Source: Camelus dromedarius
Taxonomy: Eukaryota
Reading direction: 5' to 3'
DNA length: 64,000 nt
Assembly: GCF_036321535.1 (NCBI RefSeq)
Contig: NC_087436.1
Location: 53,384,001 to 53,448,000, forward strand
Part shown: piece by piece, positions 26,661-40,412 of the stretch
Position numbering within the stretch: the stretch's first letter is position 1
Layout: every line of letters begins with the position of its first letter
The notes under the pieces: model-generated
Database searches by the model: none
Told to the model about the DNA's origin: nothing
What the model saw: only the letters and a program-made list of their open reading frames with translations
Made by a program: the position numbers and the translations under genes

Positions 26661-27133
26661 GTACGATGTAATGTAAGCAAGATCTGCAGCATATTTCACC
26701 GACGAAATCACATCCTGTATAATTTCATGATTTAGAAGATTTATCTGCACAATGCTGTTTCTATTTTCTTGCCTCTGATTCATTCAGCAGTGGGCTCACA
26801 TCTACCTTCAACCCTCACCACTTCAAAATTGTTCTTACGCAACCCAGTGTCACCCAGGAACATCTTCCTTATTAGAGATGGATTAAGGTTGATTTGAATC
26901 CCTCAATTCTGCTGCTTTGAACAAACAAAGTCACCCCAGGATCCTCCCATTTTCATAACTGTCTCTATGTCTGGGCCAATGTTTCCTTGCACATTGTCTC
27001 TCCACCCCATCAAGCTCTGCCCCATTTCACACCAAAGAAACAAAATTCATCATTCATGAGCTTATTGAATATTCAAGTTGAAGCAAGCTGAGGAAAGGGG
27101 TCAGGGTGGGGGGTTCTTCATCAAATCAACTTA

Positions 27134-27139
27134 AATAAA
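27134..27139 (+). terminator. Candidate ADH6 polyadenylation signal
   Basis: First AATAAA I can see downstream of the stop codon, followed by T-rich sequence at about 27160-27190. Confidence 0.5.
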
Positions 27140-29800
27140 TCCCAGATGAACATTAAGAATTTCATATTTCTGGTATTTTATCTTATATAACCCAGTCTCA
27201 AACTATCATTTGTCGTAACTCTAGAGCACTAACCTCTTCTCCCCTGGACTGGAAAAGGAACTTCAAATTCTCCCTCTATTGGCCAGGCCAGTTTAGCTTG
27301 CAACAGTTCATGTTACCTGACTTCATAACTAAGCCATCTAGGGATTCAGCAGGAAAAAAAGCAGCGAAGTCTTTTATTCATCAGGATCCACGCTCCCTCA
27401 GAGGCATGGATTTGAACAACAAAACTGGCTTTTATTCTACTTTCCACAGGAAGCAGGTAATTGTGAAGTCCCTTACTAATGTGCCCTATAGATTCTTTCC
27501 TCCAAGAAGTGGATAAGAGGAAGACAAGATCCAGTAGTGATTTGTGGCATCCAACTCCTCCACCCGGCCCCCCTGCCTCTGTGCCCAAGCCCCTCTTAAT
27601 TCTCCCTGAACCAAGGTTACCCAGCCTTCTTGAGCTATGACTTCCTTCCCTACCCCTTAGACATGAGTCTCTTCCCAAACCTCTCCCCCCACCATACGCA
27701 CAACAGGAACTCCCTTCCTAGTTATAGTCTCTTCTACTCCAGCTTGGGCTTCCCTAGATCTGAAGTCACTGGACCAGACAGGCACAACCGCATGTCAGCA
27801 GGCCTTGGCAGTTCTTGGGAGACCAAAAAATGGAAGATTTTTTTTTAACCTAAATCCAATAGATTTAAGATTGGCCAGGAAGATGGCCTACATCCTTAGC
27901 CTCTGCCTCTCATCATGGCTATCACATGATATCAAGAAGCTCTCATGAGGCTCTGATCCCCAAACTGAGAAGCATCATCATGAGGAGGCATCCTGTCTTT
28001 CCTTCCAGGGTGTCTGCTTCCTGCAGATAAGGGGGATAGATGCTATTAAACCTATTCATTTTGGATTTTGAATGACTCTTCTTCATCTTTCCATGTCTGA
28101 GCTGGAACTTCCCTGTCCAACTTTTTTCTATTCCCTGAGGGCAGCTAATGTGTCCCCCTTCCCTGCCTTCCTAATGAAACATACAAACAATGAGAACTTG
28201 AAGTCTTCAGGTCTTAGGAAGTCTAAATTTGCCCCAAAATGTTTTGCTGTAAACAGTGCCCACATTTTTTGTTTCCAGTAAAGCTCTATTCTTTAAGCTA
28301 CTGTGAATATCTCCTTTTGTAGTAGCTCACTGAAAAGTTCTCTCCAATCTGATCACACTGTTGCCCTGTAAACTTCCTGTGAATAGACTCTGTGATCTCT
28401 GCCTCTAAGTCCCATCACTTCAGCCACATTTAGGTGTCTCATTTTAATCACAAAGCAAAATCCTTCTTTCCACTCCCAGGCACTGCAATTCCCTGGACAG
28501 TCACTCACATGGGACAGTTTATGGCCTCTAGCAAGGCTTATCTAATCCCCAGATCCACAGTAGGAGTCCAGCCTCTGTGGAGAACTAGAGTCCACAGTTC
28601 TTGCCTGAATGATGAGAAACTAAGTATTTTCAGATTTTTACCTGTAAACAAGAAAAATTACATTCTGGGCTATCACTCAAACAATAATAGAATAGTGTGT
28701 CCATACAATACAGAAGCCTTCTATTAACATGTGATGTTCATCCAGACACTCAATTACAGCACTATAAATAGTTAATATTCCCTGATACTGGCCTATACTA
28801 TAATTTCAAAAGGATTTTTAGCACTCCCACTTATTTCTCTCTAACATCATTCATACACCAGATGACCAACCACTAGAAGACTGACAGGATCCTGAAGAAG
28901 TTCACTAGGTTTTCTTTGCCTTTTTGATGACCTCTGTATATGGTGCTGGAGACAGAAAAATGCTCGGTACAGCTTAACATATGCTAATAATTAAAACACA
29001 ATTTAACCATTATGGCAGGGAATATCCAATCAGTAAAAAGGAGGAAAAAAATTAGTCTTTCCTGGAAAAGATTAGAGACAGCATTGTAGAGAAGGTGACC
29101 TTAAGCTGCATCTTGATGGAGGCATCAGATTTTGTCAGGTGGAAAAAGAGACCCTAGATAATGGCATGTGCAGGAGTTCAAGGTGGAAAAAGACTATGGC
29201 CTGTCATGGTGATATGAGACACTGTGGGAAGAGCTGTGCTGAGCCTAATAGTGAAGAGGAGGAAGGGCTTTAATCCTAAAGACTAGGTGTCATCACACAA
29301 GAGTTTCCAGGAAAAGGTTGGCATGTTTAAACCTGTGTTTCAGAAAAACATGACTTTGGCAGCATTGTGGAGGAGAGTGGGGAGAAGAAAGAGACTGGAA
29401 GTAGGAAAAGCAATTGAGGAGGTGTGAATTAAGGTGGGTTAGAGAAAAACCTTAGAACTAAAACCAATAGGTGTGACTACGTTTTACATGAAAGGCTCCT
29501 GTGGCTGCTGCCCTCAGTGCCGCATCCATATCCCTAGGACCTTACCACCTCCCTGTGTCCTGTTGGCTTCCAGTTGCCAGTGTCAGCATTCCCACACCTG
29601 AGGGCTTTTGCCAACAACAGAAGGCTGTTCTGCCAACTCCTGATTAAGCAGGCCAGAAGTTCCAGAAAATTTGCATCTCCCAAGCAGTCTTCAACCAACA
29701 ACTGACAGAAATTGCTATAAAATACACAATCCACAGAGTGTCTCTAAAGGATTAAACTCCAGTTGCTCACTTTGGTAGCCGGCTTTAAAAATACACTCTT

Positions 29801-29948
29801 TTGCACCTCTTGGGGAGTGATAGAAATGTTAGCTATCTTGATTGTGGTGGTGGTTTCATGGGTGTATACATCTATCAAAATTCATCAAATTGTACATCTG
29901 AAATATGTGTAGTTTACTGTGCAGGAACCATACAACAAAAAAGGTGTT
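29801..29948 (+). mobile_element. Short retroposed element of about 150 bp, resembling an L1 3' tail; second copy at about 58802-58954
   Basis: Flanked by AAAATACACTCTT (29788-29800) and AAAATGCACTCTT (29949-29961). Confidence 0.75.
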
Positions 29949-29961
29949 AAAATGCACTCTT

Positions 29962-30449
29962 ACACCCATGTTCATAGCAGCTTTATTCACAATGGTCAAA
30001 GGTGGAAGCAACCCACGTGTCCATCAAACAGATGAATGGATAAGTAAATCGTGGTATTTACATACAATGGAATATTATGCAGTCTTAGGGAAGGAAATTC
30101 TTACATATGGGTGACAATATGGATGAACCTTTATGATGTTACGGTAAGTGAAATAAATCAGTCATACAAGTACAATTAATGAGTCATTCTAATTATATGA
30201 GGTACCTAGAGTAGTCAAATTCATACAGACCAAAAGTATGATGGTGGTTGCCAGGGGCTGGGAAAAGGGAGGAATAAACAGTTAGTGTTGAAAGGATAGG
30301 GAGTTTTAGTTTTGAAGAGGCAAAAATTTCTAGATATAGATGGTGGTGATGGTCACATAACAATGTGAATGTGCTTAATGTGGCTGAACTGTACACTTAA
30401 AAATGGCTAAAATGCAAATTTCATGTTATGCATATTTTATCACAGTAAA
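29962..30449 (+). mobile_element. 5'-truncated L1 (L1MB-like 3' end)
   Basis: cccatgttcatagcagctttattcac...ctgtacacttaaaaatgg, flanked by AAAATGCACTCTT direct repeats. Confidence 0.8.
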
Positions 30450-32116
30450 AAAATGCACTCTTTATTGGCAGCCTTTCCTTCCTTGTATCATGTTCCACAC
30501 TTTCCTATTAGTGTCTCATTCATCTTTTTAACAGAACCAGTAGAAGTCTAATTTTTGTCACAAGGTCTGCTTCTGGGGGAACCCAAATTAAGACAGTTGG
30601 TACCAGAAGTAGTCCTAGGGAGCAGATCCTAGGGATGAGATTCTGGAATTGGATCATTTGCTAAGATGGGAAAAGGACACCATTGTGAGTTGTAATCAGA
30701 CAGACCCCAATGATCCCCACCTCCTGGTATTCATGCCCTTGTGTAATCTCCTCTCCTTAAATGTGAGCTGGACTTAATGACTTGATTTCCACAGCAGACA
30801 TGATAAGACATCACTTTTGAAACTGAGTTCTAAAAAGACCATGGCTTCCATTTTGGCAGCTTCTTTCTTGGATTGCTTGTTCTGAGAGAAGCCAGCTGGC
30901 ACATCGTGAAGCAGCATGAGCCAGGGGCCTAAGCTTGGAAGTCAATCTTCTGAGCCCTGTCAATAGACGTGTAAGTGAAATTGGAAGAACATTCTTTCTG
31001 AGTCAAGCCTTGAAATGAGCAGCCTTGGTCAATACCTCAAATATACTTTTGTAAGAGATCCTGAACTAAACCACCCAGCTAAGCTGCTCCCAGATTCCTG
31101 ACCCACAGAAACTTTGAGAACACAAGTGTTTTAAGCTGCTAAGCAATAGATAACTAATCTGTGGATGGTAAGTAAGATAATAATCCTTTTCAGCATTATC
31201 CTATAACACAATTACCAATTCACAATTGCCTGTGGTGAATTCAGATGGGATACAGATTGCAGGTTATGCACTGCCTTGTGCAACATCATTAGCATTTGAG
31301 ACATAAGATGGCAGTTGTAATTATGGTTGTTTATTGCTGTTATCAATATGCTAAAAGAAAAAAAATTATAGGCTTGAGTCACACAATGACCAACTAAGAG
31401 CATGACTGAAAACCACAAGACTTCTATGGCAGCATTTAAATGTTCCCTTATCTCCTGTAACCAGAGGACAAGTTGGGCTGAAAATTAGACCCACAATTTG
31501 ATTATGACATTATCCAAATTGCATAGAAGTTTTCATTTATAGACCCTCATGAATCTCTGACACTAAAATCAGGGTCATGATAGGAAAGGGGTGATATCTT
31601 GAAACTGAACTGGGAATATTTTAAGGACTTTGAACCCCAAATTCTCCTGAACCTTATAGGCCTAAAGAAGTGTCCCACTCCCCCTTGCCACAGGATAGCA
31701 GCCCCTCCTCACCTGGAGACTACAAGGAGCCTTACTAAGGTGAATGCCTCATAAAATGAGGCCTACTTCCTTTAATGTGTACCCCTACTTCTCCTCATGC
31801 TTTCTAGGCCAACAAATACATTCAAATCTCAGCTTGACAAAAAATCTACAGAATCTGGCTCACATGTACTAGCCAGAACTGGAAAAATATGTTGGAAATC
31901 AGTCATGAACATGCTAGACTAGAGAATATAAGGAAGAGGTTGTTGAAATGGGGGCAATCTCCTGTAACTCAGGATTTAATCCCCAAGAAGGATGTCTGGA
32001 GTCAGCCCTGTGCTACTGAAATGGCTCCTCAAAGCTTGGAGGAAAAAACAATGGCCTACAACAAATGAGGTGGAGATGCCAGAAATGCTTTGGGAGAAGT
32101 CAAAAGGTTCAGAGAG

Positions 32117-34865
32117 GAGTGATGTCAGCATCATGGCAGCATGAAACACTCTCTTTGTCTCCCCTCTTCAATCTACAACCAGTAAAACATCCATAACTCA
32201 ACAAAATATCCTCTGTTCAACACACCACAATGCAAGAAAGTTCCCCACATCTGTACATCTAAAAGTGAGTGTACTAAAACACAATTGGAACACACAGAAG
32301 AGGCAGAATTGAGGAAATGCTGGAGGCAGTGCCTCTGATCCCAGCTCCCCAGCTGTGGTGGCTGAGCCCACAGCTCCAGAGAACCCAGTAGCAACCAAGG
32401 AGGTGGCACACATGACTCCAGCCTCCTGGCTGCAGCAGCAGTAGGGCCTGCAACCCTGTCCCTCCAGCCATGGAGGTTCCCATGACTCCAGCTCCCTTCC
32501 ACCCACAGTGGCAGCTCCTTCGAACCCAAAAAATACAGATGTGACAGAGGGAACTGCAACCCTGGCCCTACACTCATTCTCTCCCCACCATAGCAAAGCC
32601 TGCAACCCAAGCAATCCTGAATGTGGCAGAGGCCCCCACTATCCAAGTGCCCCAGGCAGTGATGCCAGAACAGCAGTGACATCAGCCGCAGAAAGGTACC
32701 AGTAACCCCGAAAGCATAAACAGCAACAATAAGGGCACCAGCAACACCCCCAGCAACACCCCTGGCAGAGAGAGATTAGAGGGCGGGAAGTACCCAATTC
32801 TCAAATATAGCCAGAGGCAGCTTAGGGAAGAAAAATCAAAAACTTGAACTATAGTGCCAGCTATATAACTTTATGTTTCACAAACACAAATCTATTTTGT
32901 TGTTGAAAAACAAAGTCCTGTAATTACTAATCTGTTGAATTGTTAGAATCAAGTTTAAAAAAAAAAAAAAAAAAAAAGCTTTACTTAAAGAAGGTGTTTG
33001 CTACTTCAAACACACCAGCAGAGGAACAACTCATCAAACACCATGAAAAACAATGATAACATGAAGTCACAAAAAGAAACTGATAATTTTCCAAAAACCA
33101 AACTTAAAATCACAGAATATTGTCATCTAATTGATGGAGAATTCAAAATCGCTGTCATGAGGAAATTCAATAAACTACAAGAGAATTTAAAAAAAGCAAT
33201 TCAATGAGCTCAGGAATAAAATTAATGAACAGAAGGAATACTTTACTAAAGAGACTGAAACTCTAAAATAAAGAATCAGACAAACTCTGGAGCTAAAGTA
33301 TTCAACAAATGAGATGAACAAAGCATTAGAAAACACTGAAAATAGAGAAGACCCTCTAGAGAGAGAGAATTCATGAGCTTGAAGATAGAAATCTAGAAAT
33401 GATACAGGTAGAAGAGGACAGAGAACTAAGATCTTTTTAAAATGGGGTAATTATATGAGAACTATCTGATTCCATTAAGAAGAACAACATAAGCATAATG
33501 GATATCCCAGAAGGAAAACAGAGGGAGATGGGAGCAGAGAGCTTATTTAAAGAAGTAACAGTTGAGAACTACCTAAACCTGGTGAAGAAACTGGATATAC
33601 AAATCCACAAAGCTAAGAGAACACCTGATTACCTCAATGTGAAAAGAAATTCTCCAAGACACATTATATTAAAGCTGTCAAAATTTAATGACAAAGAAAG
33701 AATTTTAAAGGCAGCCAGGGTTAAAAAAGGGTGATGACCTAAAAAAGAATCCTCATTAGGCTATAGCAGATGCCTCCAAAAAAACTCTACAGGCCAGGAG
33801 AGAGTGGAATGATGTACTCAAAATATTGAAAGATAAAAACTGTCAGCCATGAACACTCTATTCAGCCAAGTTACCCTTAAGATATGAAAGAGAAATAAAG
33901 ACTTTCCCAGATAAACAAATGCAGAGGGAGTTCATCACTACTAAACCTGCCATATAAGAAATGTTTAAAGGAGTTCTTCTACATGAAATGAAAAGGCAAA
34001 GTACATGAAACTTTGAGTAAGGTAATAAATAGACAAAAATAATCAGAAAATTGCAACTCTTTATCAGAATAAGTTGTTAAACACTTAATTACACTGTAAA
34101 GGTTAAAGAGGGAAAAGCAGTAAAAATAACTTAACTACTTCAATTTGATAAACTCACAACATAAAAAGGGATAATTTGAGACAACAAAACATAAAAGGGT
34201 CAAAGAAAAGGATGGAACCTGTATAGGCAAATGAAGATGCTATCAGTAGGAAAAGAACTATTTTACCTTTGAGATATTTTATACAAACCTCATGGTAACC
34301 ACAAAACATAAATCTAGACCACAGACAAAAAAAAGAGGAAACTAAGAAAAACATCATAGAAAACCACCAAACTAACATATCAGACAGAAGCACAAAGAAA
34401 AAGAAATAGATCCTGGGTTCAATACCCAGTAACTACTCTAAAGATAAATAAATAAACAAACCTAATTACCTCACCCCTCCCAGAAAAAAAAGTAAATTAA
34501 AAAGAAGTAAAAAAAAAAAAAACCTCACCAAAAAAATTAAAGAAAAGGGAATGCTTTCTAATTCATTTTATAAGGCTAATATCCTATACCAAAACTAGAC
34601 AAGAATAACACAAAAAAGAAAATTATATGCCAGTATCGCTGATAAATGTAGATGCAAAAATCCTCAACAAAGTATTAGCAAACCAAATTCAACAAAACAT
34701 TTAAAGGATCATATAGCATGATAAAGTGGGATTTATTCCAGTGATACAAGAATGGTTCAACATTCACAAATCAATAAATGTGACATACCACATTAACAAA
34801 ATTAAAGATAAAAATCACATCATCTCAATAGCTACAGAAAATGCATTTGAAAAAATTCAACATTT
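32117..34865 (+). mobile_element. L1: 5'UTR, degenerate ORF1 and an RT fragment
   Basis: ORF1 remnants (SPRHIILKLSK, 33498-33734) and an RT-region remnant [18 protein letters not shown] (34726 onward). Confidence 0.85.
34411..34522 (+). mobile_element. 5'-truncated Vic-1-like SINE
   Basis: B-box region tcctgggttcaatacccagta, then a taaa repeat, cctaattacctc and an A-tail; same family as 36469-36620. Confidence 0.65.
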
Positions 34866-35324
34866 GGGGTTTGTATTTTATATGTCTTTGTCTTTATTTT
34901 CCATTTCATTTTTCTAGCAATTGATTTTTATCATATTTTATTAAAAGAAGTATAAGTCCATGATGGATTGGAAATAAAAACAAAAGCCATGCGGTATGGA
35001 TAACTTGAGAAACATGATCCTGAACAAGAGACTTGCTGCAAATTGAATGGAAGATACATGCACTGGCATAACGTGGCTCCTGGAGAGGTCAACTAGTCCT
35101 CTGTGTGCATGATGGCTCAGGGAGCATCCTGGAAGAAACAGTAACTAGACAAGTTGAGGCCAGTGGACTGAGACCAGGACCAGGAAGCAATGGCATCTCT
35201 GCCCAGGCAGTCTGCCAAAAGGAGAATATGCTGAACTTGAGGACAGAAAGTCAAGGGGCCCTGTGACTACTGGCAAAATATGATGCTACAAAGTTCTGCA
35301 TTGGGAAATCTTCCAAGCAGCATT

Positions 35325-36165
35325 TTCTTTTTTTTTTTTAATTAAGTACAATTGACTTACAATATAGTATTAATTTCAGCTGTACAGCAAAGTGATTCAG
35401 TTATATTTTTCTTTCAGATTATTTTCCATTAAAAGTTACTGTAAGATATTGAATATAGTTCTCTGTGTTATACAGTAAATCCCTGTTACTTATCTATTTT
35501 ATGTATAGTAGTTTGTATTCATTAATCCCATACTCTTAATTTATCCTCCTAACTTCCCTTTCCCCTTTGGTAACACTAAGTTTGTTTTCTATGTCTGTGA
35601 GTCTGTTTCTATTTTGTATATAGATTCATTTGTATTATTTTTTAGATTCCACATCTAAGTGATATCATATAATATTTATCTTTCTCTGTCTGACTTATAT
35701 CATTTATGTAAATATAGGATCACTTACTATGTATGATAATCTCTAGGTCCATCCATGTTGCTCAAATGGCAGCATTTCACTCTTTAATGGCTGAGTAATA
35801 TTCCATTGTGTGTGTGTCTATGTATATATACACCACTTCTTAATCCAATCACCTATCATGGACATTTGGGTTGTTTATATGTCTTGACTATTGTAAACAG
35901 CACTGCTATGAACATTGGGGTGCATGTATCTTCTTGAATTCATGTTCTCATTTTTTTTCCAGATATATCCAGAAGTGGAATTGCTGGACCACTTGTTGAA
36001 GAAACTGTCTTTACTATATTGTATATTCTTGCCTCCTTTGTCATAGATTAATTGATCATAGGTGTGTGGGTTTATTTCTGGACTCTCTATTCTGTTCCAT
36101 TGATCCATACTTCTGTTTTTCTGCCCATACCATGCTGTTTTGATTACTGTAGCTTTATAGTATTG
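35325..36165 (-). mobile_element. L1 3' fragment with an internal deletion
   Basis: Poly-T start. ORF2 peptides [12 protein letters not shown] and [13 protein letters not shown] are joined to the far 3' end. Confidence 0.85.
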
Positions 36166-36468
36166 GCCCAATCAGCATTTCCCAGTGTTCAGCCATTGTT
36201 TGCCATGAGCAACCTGATGACCTCAAAAACCAGCAGCATTTGTTTCTGTAAAGTGTGCAATTCCCAGTATCATATTTTTCTCATGGTATTCTGATAGCTA
36301 GAATGCCAGACATAGACCAAGAGATAATACACACATCAGGAAGAGAAAACTTGAAATAATGTGAAGGCCTTCCGGACATTATCTAAAGATAAATCATACA
36401 CAGTAACTTACTGGTAAAGATGATTTGAAATAACCCCTACTTAAGTCTACAGGAAACATGTGTGATTT

Positions 36469-36620
36469 ATGGGAGAGGGTATAGCTAGCTTAGTGGTACA
36501 GTGCATGCTTAGTGTGCATGAGGTGTTGGGTTCAATCCCCAGTAACTCCATTAACATACATACATACATACATACATACATACATACATACATACATACC
36601 TGCTTCACCCCCTCCAAAAA
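36469..36620 (+). mobile_element. tRNA-derived SINE (camelid Vic-1-like) with an internal (CATA)n
   Basis: gggagagggtatagct..tagtggta (A box) and gggttcaatcccc (B box). 15-bp TSD AAACATGTGTGATTT at 36454-36468 and 36621-36635. Confidence 0.85.
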
Positions 36621-36850
36621 AAACATGTGTGATTTGTGTAATTTTAAAAAACAAATAATTAAAAATTTAGGTCTTTAAGACTCTATAAAAACACACTCTT
36701 CTCAAGTAATATCTACAAGTCTTGCGGCACCTCCTGTTTTCCAGACAGGATTCAAATCCCCTGAACCAAAGCATCCTCCTTGAATACGATCTGTTTTCAG
36801 TAGTAATTGTCTTCAGCAATCCAGCAGATGCACTCTCAACAACATCTCTT

Positions 36851-39800
36851 GGGATTTCCAGTCAAAATGGCAGAGTAGTAGGACCATGAGCTTGTCTCTC
36901 CTCGGGACTACAACAAAACCACAACTGCTAAACAACCATTGAAAACAAAGACTGGAACCTAGCAGAAAAGATCCACTTTAACTGGAAACATAAAGAGGGA
37001 ACCACAGTTAGATGGTAGGAAGGGCAATGCTCGCAATAATCGGGTCCCATTACCCCCAAGGTGGGCAACCCACAAGCTGAAGAATAATTAAGTAGCTGAG
37101 GCCCTCCCACAGGAGTGAGAGCTTGGAGCCCCAAGTCAGGCTCCCCTGGGGTTCTGGCATAGAGAGGACGAGACCCAAGGACATCTGATTTTGAAGGCCA
37201 GTGGGCCTTAACTCCAGGAGCTCCACGGGACTTGGGGAAACAGACTTCATTCTCTTGGGAAGCATACACAGACTCTCACGTGCATGAGGTCCAAGGGCAA
37301 AAGTAGTGATTTCATAGGAACCTGGGCCAGACCTGCCTGCTGGTTTTGGAAGGTTTCCTGGGGAGGGGGGGGGGGGGGCAGCTGTGGCTCACCTTTAGGA
37401 CATAAAAGCTAGTGGTGGACATTCAGGGAGTGTTCATCTGCATGAGCTTTCCTGGAGGCTGACATCTTGATTGGATCATTAGCACCAAGACCTAGCCTTA
37501 CCCAACAGCCTGTAGGCTTAAATGCTGGGAAGCCTTAGGCCAAACAACATACTGGGTGGGAACACAGTCCCATCCATCAGCAGACTTTCTGAGCCACAAA
37601 TGCCTCTAGACACAGCTCTACCCACCAGAAGTCCAGGACCAAGCTTCACCCAGCAGTGGGCAGGCACCGCTCCTCCTGCCAGGAAACCTGCATAAGCCTC
37701 TAGTCTAGCCTCATCCACCAGGGGGCAGATAATAGAATAAGGAAACAACAATCCCAAAGTTTGTGGAAGGAGCCCACAAACACAGACCAGACTCTACAAT
37801 GGGACTGACTGGACCCAGGTCCTTGGGTGACAAGATAGGAGTGTACTGCTGGGACACATAGGACATCTCCCACAGAGGGCCACTTCTCCAAGGTCAAGAA
37901 AGTAACTAATCTACATTAAAAAAACAAAGAGAAAGACAGACAATATGAGGCAGCAGAGAAATATGTTCCAGGCCAAGGCACAAGATAAAATCTCAGAAGA
38001 AGAAATAAGTGATAAGGAGATAGACAATTTATCTGAGAAGGAGTTTAGAGTAATGATGGCAAAGATGTTCAGAGAGTTCAAGAAGAGTATAGATGAGCAG
38101 AGCAAAGTTTTTAGCAAAGAGTTAGAAAATATAAAGAATATTCAAACAGAGTTGAAGAATAAAATTACTGAAATGGATAACAGACTAGAAGGGAACAAGA
38201 ATAAACTAAATGAGGCAGAAGACCAGATCAGTGAGCTAGAAGACAGATTAGTGGAAATCACTGCTGCAGAACAGAAAAAAGAAAAAAGAATGAAAAGAAA
38301 TAAGGATGGTTTAAGAGAACTCTGGGATAACATGAAGTGAATATTCATGTTATAGGGTCCCAGAAAGAGAAGAGAGAGTACCTGAGAAAATTTTTGAAGA
38401 GATAATAACTGAAAACTTTCCCAACTTGGGAAAGGAAACAGTCACCCAAGTCCAGGAAGTGCAAAGAATTCCACACAGGATTAACCCAAAGAGGAACACA
38501 CCAAGGCACATAGTAATCAAATTGACAAAAATTAAGGATAAGGAGAAAATATTAAAATCAGCAAGAGAAAAGCAACAAATAACATACAAGGGAACTACTA
38601 TAAGGTTATCAGCTGATTTTTCAGCAGAAACTCTACAGGCCAGAGGGAGTGGCATGATATATTTAAAGTGATGAAAAGGGAAAAAGTTAAAACCAAGAAT
38701 ACTCTACCCAGCAAGGCTTTCATTCAGATTTGATGGAGAAATCAAAATTTTCACAGATGAACAAAAGCTAAAAGAATTCAGCACCACCAAACTAGCTTTA
38801 CAACAAATGTTAAAGGAGCTTCTCCAGTCATCAAACCACAAGAAAAGAGGAAAAAAAGAAGAAAGAGGGGGAAAAAAGACCTACAAAAGATTGCTTTGGC
38901 AATTTGGGGTCTTTTATTGTTCCATATAAATTTTGGAATTGTTTTTTCTAGTTCTGTGAAAAATGTTGTGGGTATTTTGACAGGGGTTACATTGGATCTG
39001 TAGACTGCTTTGGGTAGTATGGCCATTTTGCTAATGTTGATTCTTCTATTCCAAGAGCACAAGACATCTTTCCATTTCTTTGTATCATCTTCAATTTCCT
39101 TCATCAGTGTTTTATAGCTTTCAGAGTATAGGTAAACTCCTTGGTTAGGTTAATTTCTAGGTATTTTTTTGCTTTTGATGCAATGGAAATGTTTATGCCA
39201 GTTATAAAATACTGGGTTTTGAAGTGAAAAAAAAAAGTGAATGAAGGTGCATGTTCATGTATAACTGAAAAATTGTGCTCTACATTGGAAATTGACACAA
39301 CATTGTAAACTGACTATAACCCAATAAAAAAATATATGAAAAAAAGTGAATGAAGGGCCACAAATGGCAAAATATCCTTCTTTTTAATGGGTGAGTTGTA
39401 CTCCATTGCAAATATGTGCTACATCTCCTTTAACCATTCATCTATTGATGTGCACTTAGGATGCTTCCATGCCTTGGCAATTGTAAATAGCACTGCTGTT
39501 AATAGCGAAGTGTATGTATCTTTCTGAATTAATGTTTTTGTTTTTCTTGGGTATATGCCCAGGAGTGGAATTGCTGAACTATGTAGTGGTTCTGTTTTGG
39601 GGTTTTTGAGAAACCTCCATATTGTTTTCCATGATGGCTGCACCAATTTGCATTCCCACCAACATTGTACAAAGGTTCCCTGTCTCCACATCCTTGCCAA
39701 CATTTGTTATCCATGTTTTTTGGGTTTTTTTTGTTTGTTTGTTTTGTTTTTTTTGGTGATGGCCATTCTGACAGGTGTGACATGGTGTCTCATTGTGATT

Positions 39801-40412
39801 TTGATTTGCATTTCCCTGATATTGGTGATTTTGAGCAGCTTTTCATGTTCCTGTTGGCCATCTGCATTTCTTCTTTTGGAAAAATGTCTGTTCAGTTCTT
39901 CTGCCCATATTTTAAATGGGTTGGTTGGCTGGTTGTTTACTTTTTAATTGAAGGACAGTTGATTTAAAATATTATATTAGTTTCTGGGGTACAGCATGGA
40001 TGGACTTGGAGGGCATTATGCTAAGTGAAATAAATCAGATAGACAAATGTTTCAAGATATCACTAACATGTGAAATCTAAAAAAATACAACACACTAGTA
40101 AATATAACAGAAAAGAAACATACTCACAGATGTAGAGAAGGAACTGGTGGTTATCAGTGGGGAGAGGGAAAAGGGAGGGGCAAGATGGAGGTGGAGGATT
40201 AAGAGGTAAAAACTATCAGGTATAAAATAAGATACAACATGGGGAATATAGCCTATATTTTATAATAACTATAAATGGAGTATAACCTTTAAAAACTGTG
40301 AATCACTATATTGTATCCCTGTAACATATAATATTGTACATCAACTATACTTCAATTTAAAAAATATGAAATTGTAAAAGAAATAAATAGTTAAATAAAA
40401 AAAATTTTTTTA
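36851..40412 (+). mobile_element. Rearranged L1: sense 5'UTR + ORF1, antisense ORF2/3' pieces (about 38886-39995), then a sense 3' end
   Basis: ORF1 peptides at 37945-38340 and 38426-38671 on +. ORF2 peptides on - at 38778-39104 and 39419-39703. A + strand 3'UTR at about 39996-40400. Confidence 0.8.
39248..39338 (+). mobile_element. Very short 5'-truncated young L1 insertion
   Basis: L1 extreme 3' end with an 18-bp TSD AAAAAAAGTGAATGAAGG (39230-39247 and 39339-39356). Confidence 0.85.

Larger units (their letters stand above)
29420..32116 (+). mobile_element. ERVL remnant: LTR16-like LTR followed by internal sequence, interrupted by L1 fragments (29801-30449) and an MLT1-like LTR (about 30684-31160)
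   Basis: LTR end gtctgcttctgggggaacccaaattaagaca (to about 30595), followed by gttggtaccagaagtagtcctag, typical of an ERVL LTR/internal junction. Confidence 0.65.

Noticed and set aside
32173..32705. Overlapping ORFs of 65-169 aa
   Set aside because: They lie in an L1 5'UTR and are probably chance ORFs.
36470..36550. tRNA-like A and B boxes
   Set aside because: This is a SINE head with a tail and TSD, not a tRNA gene.
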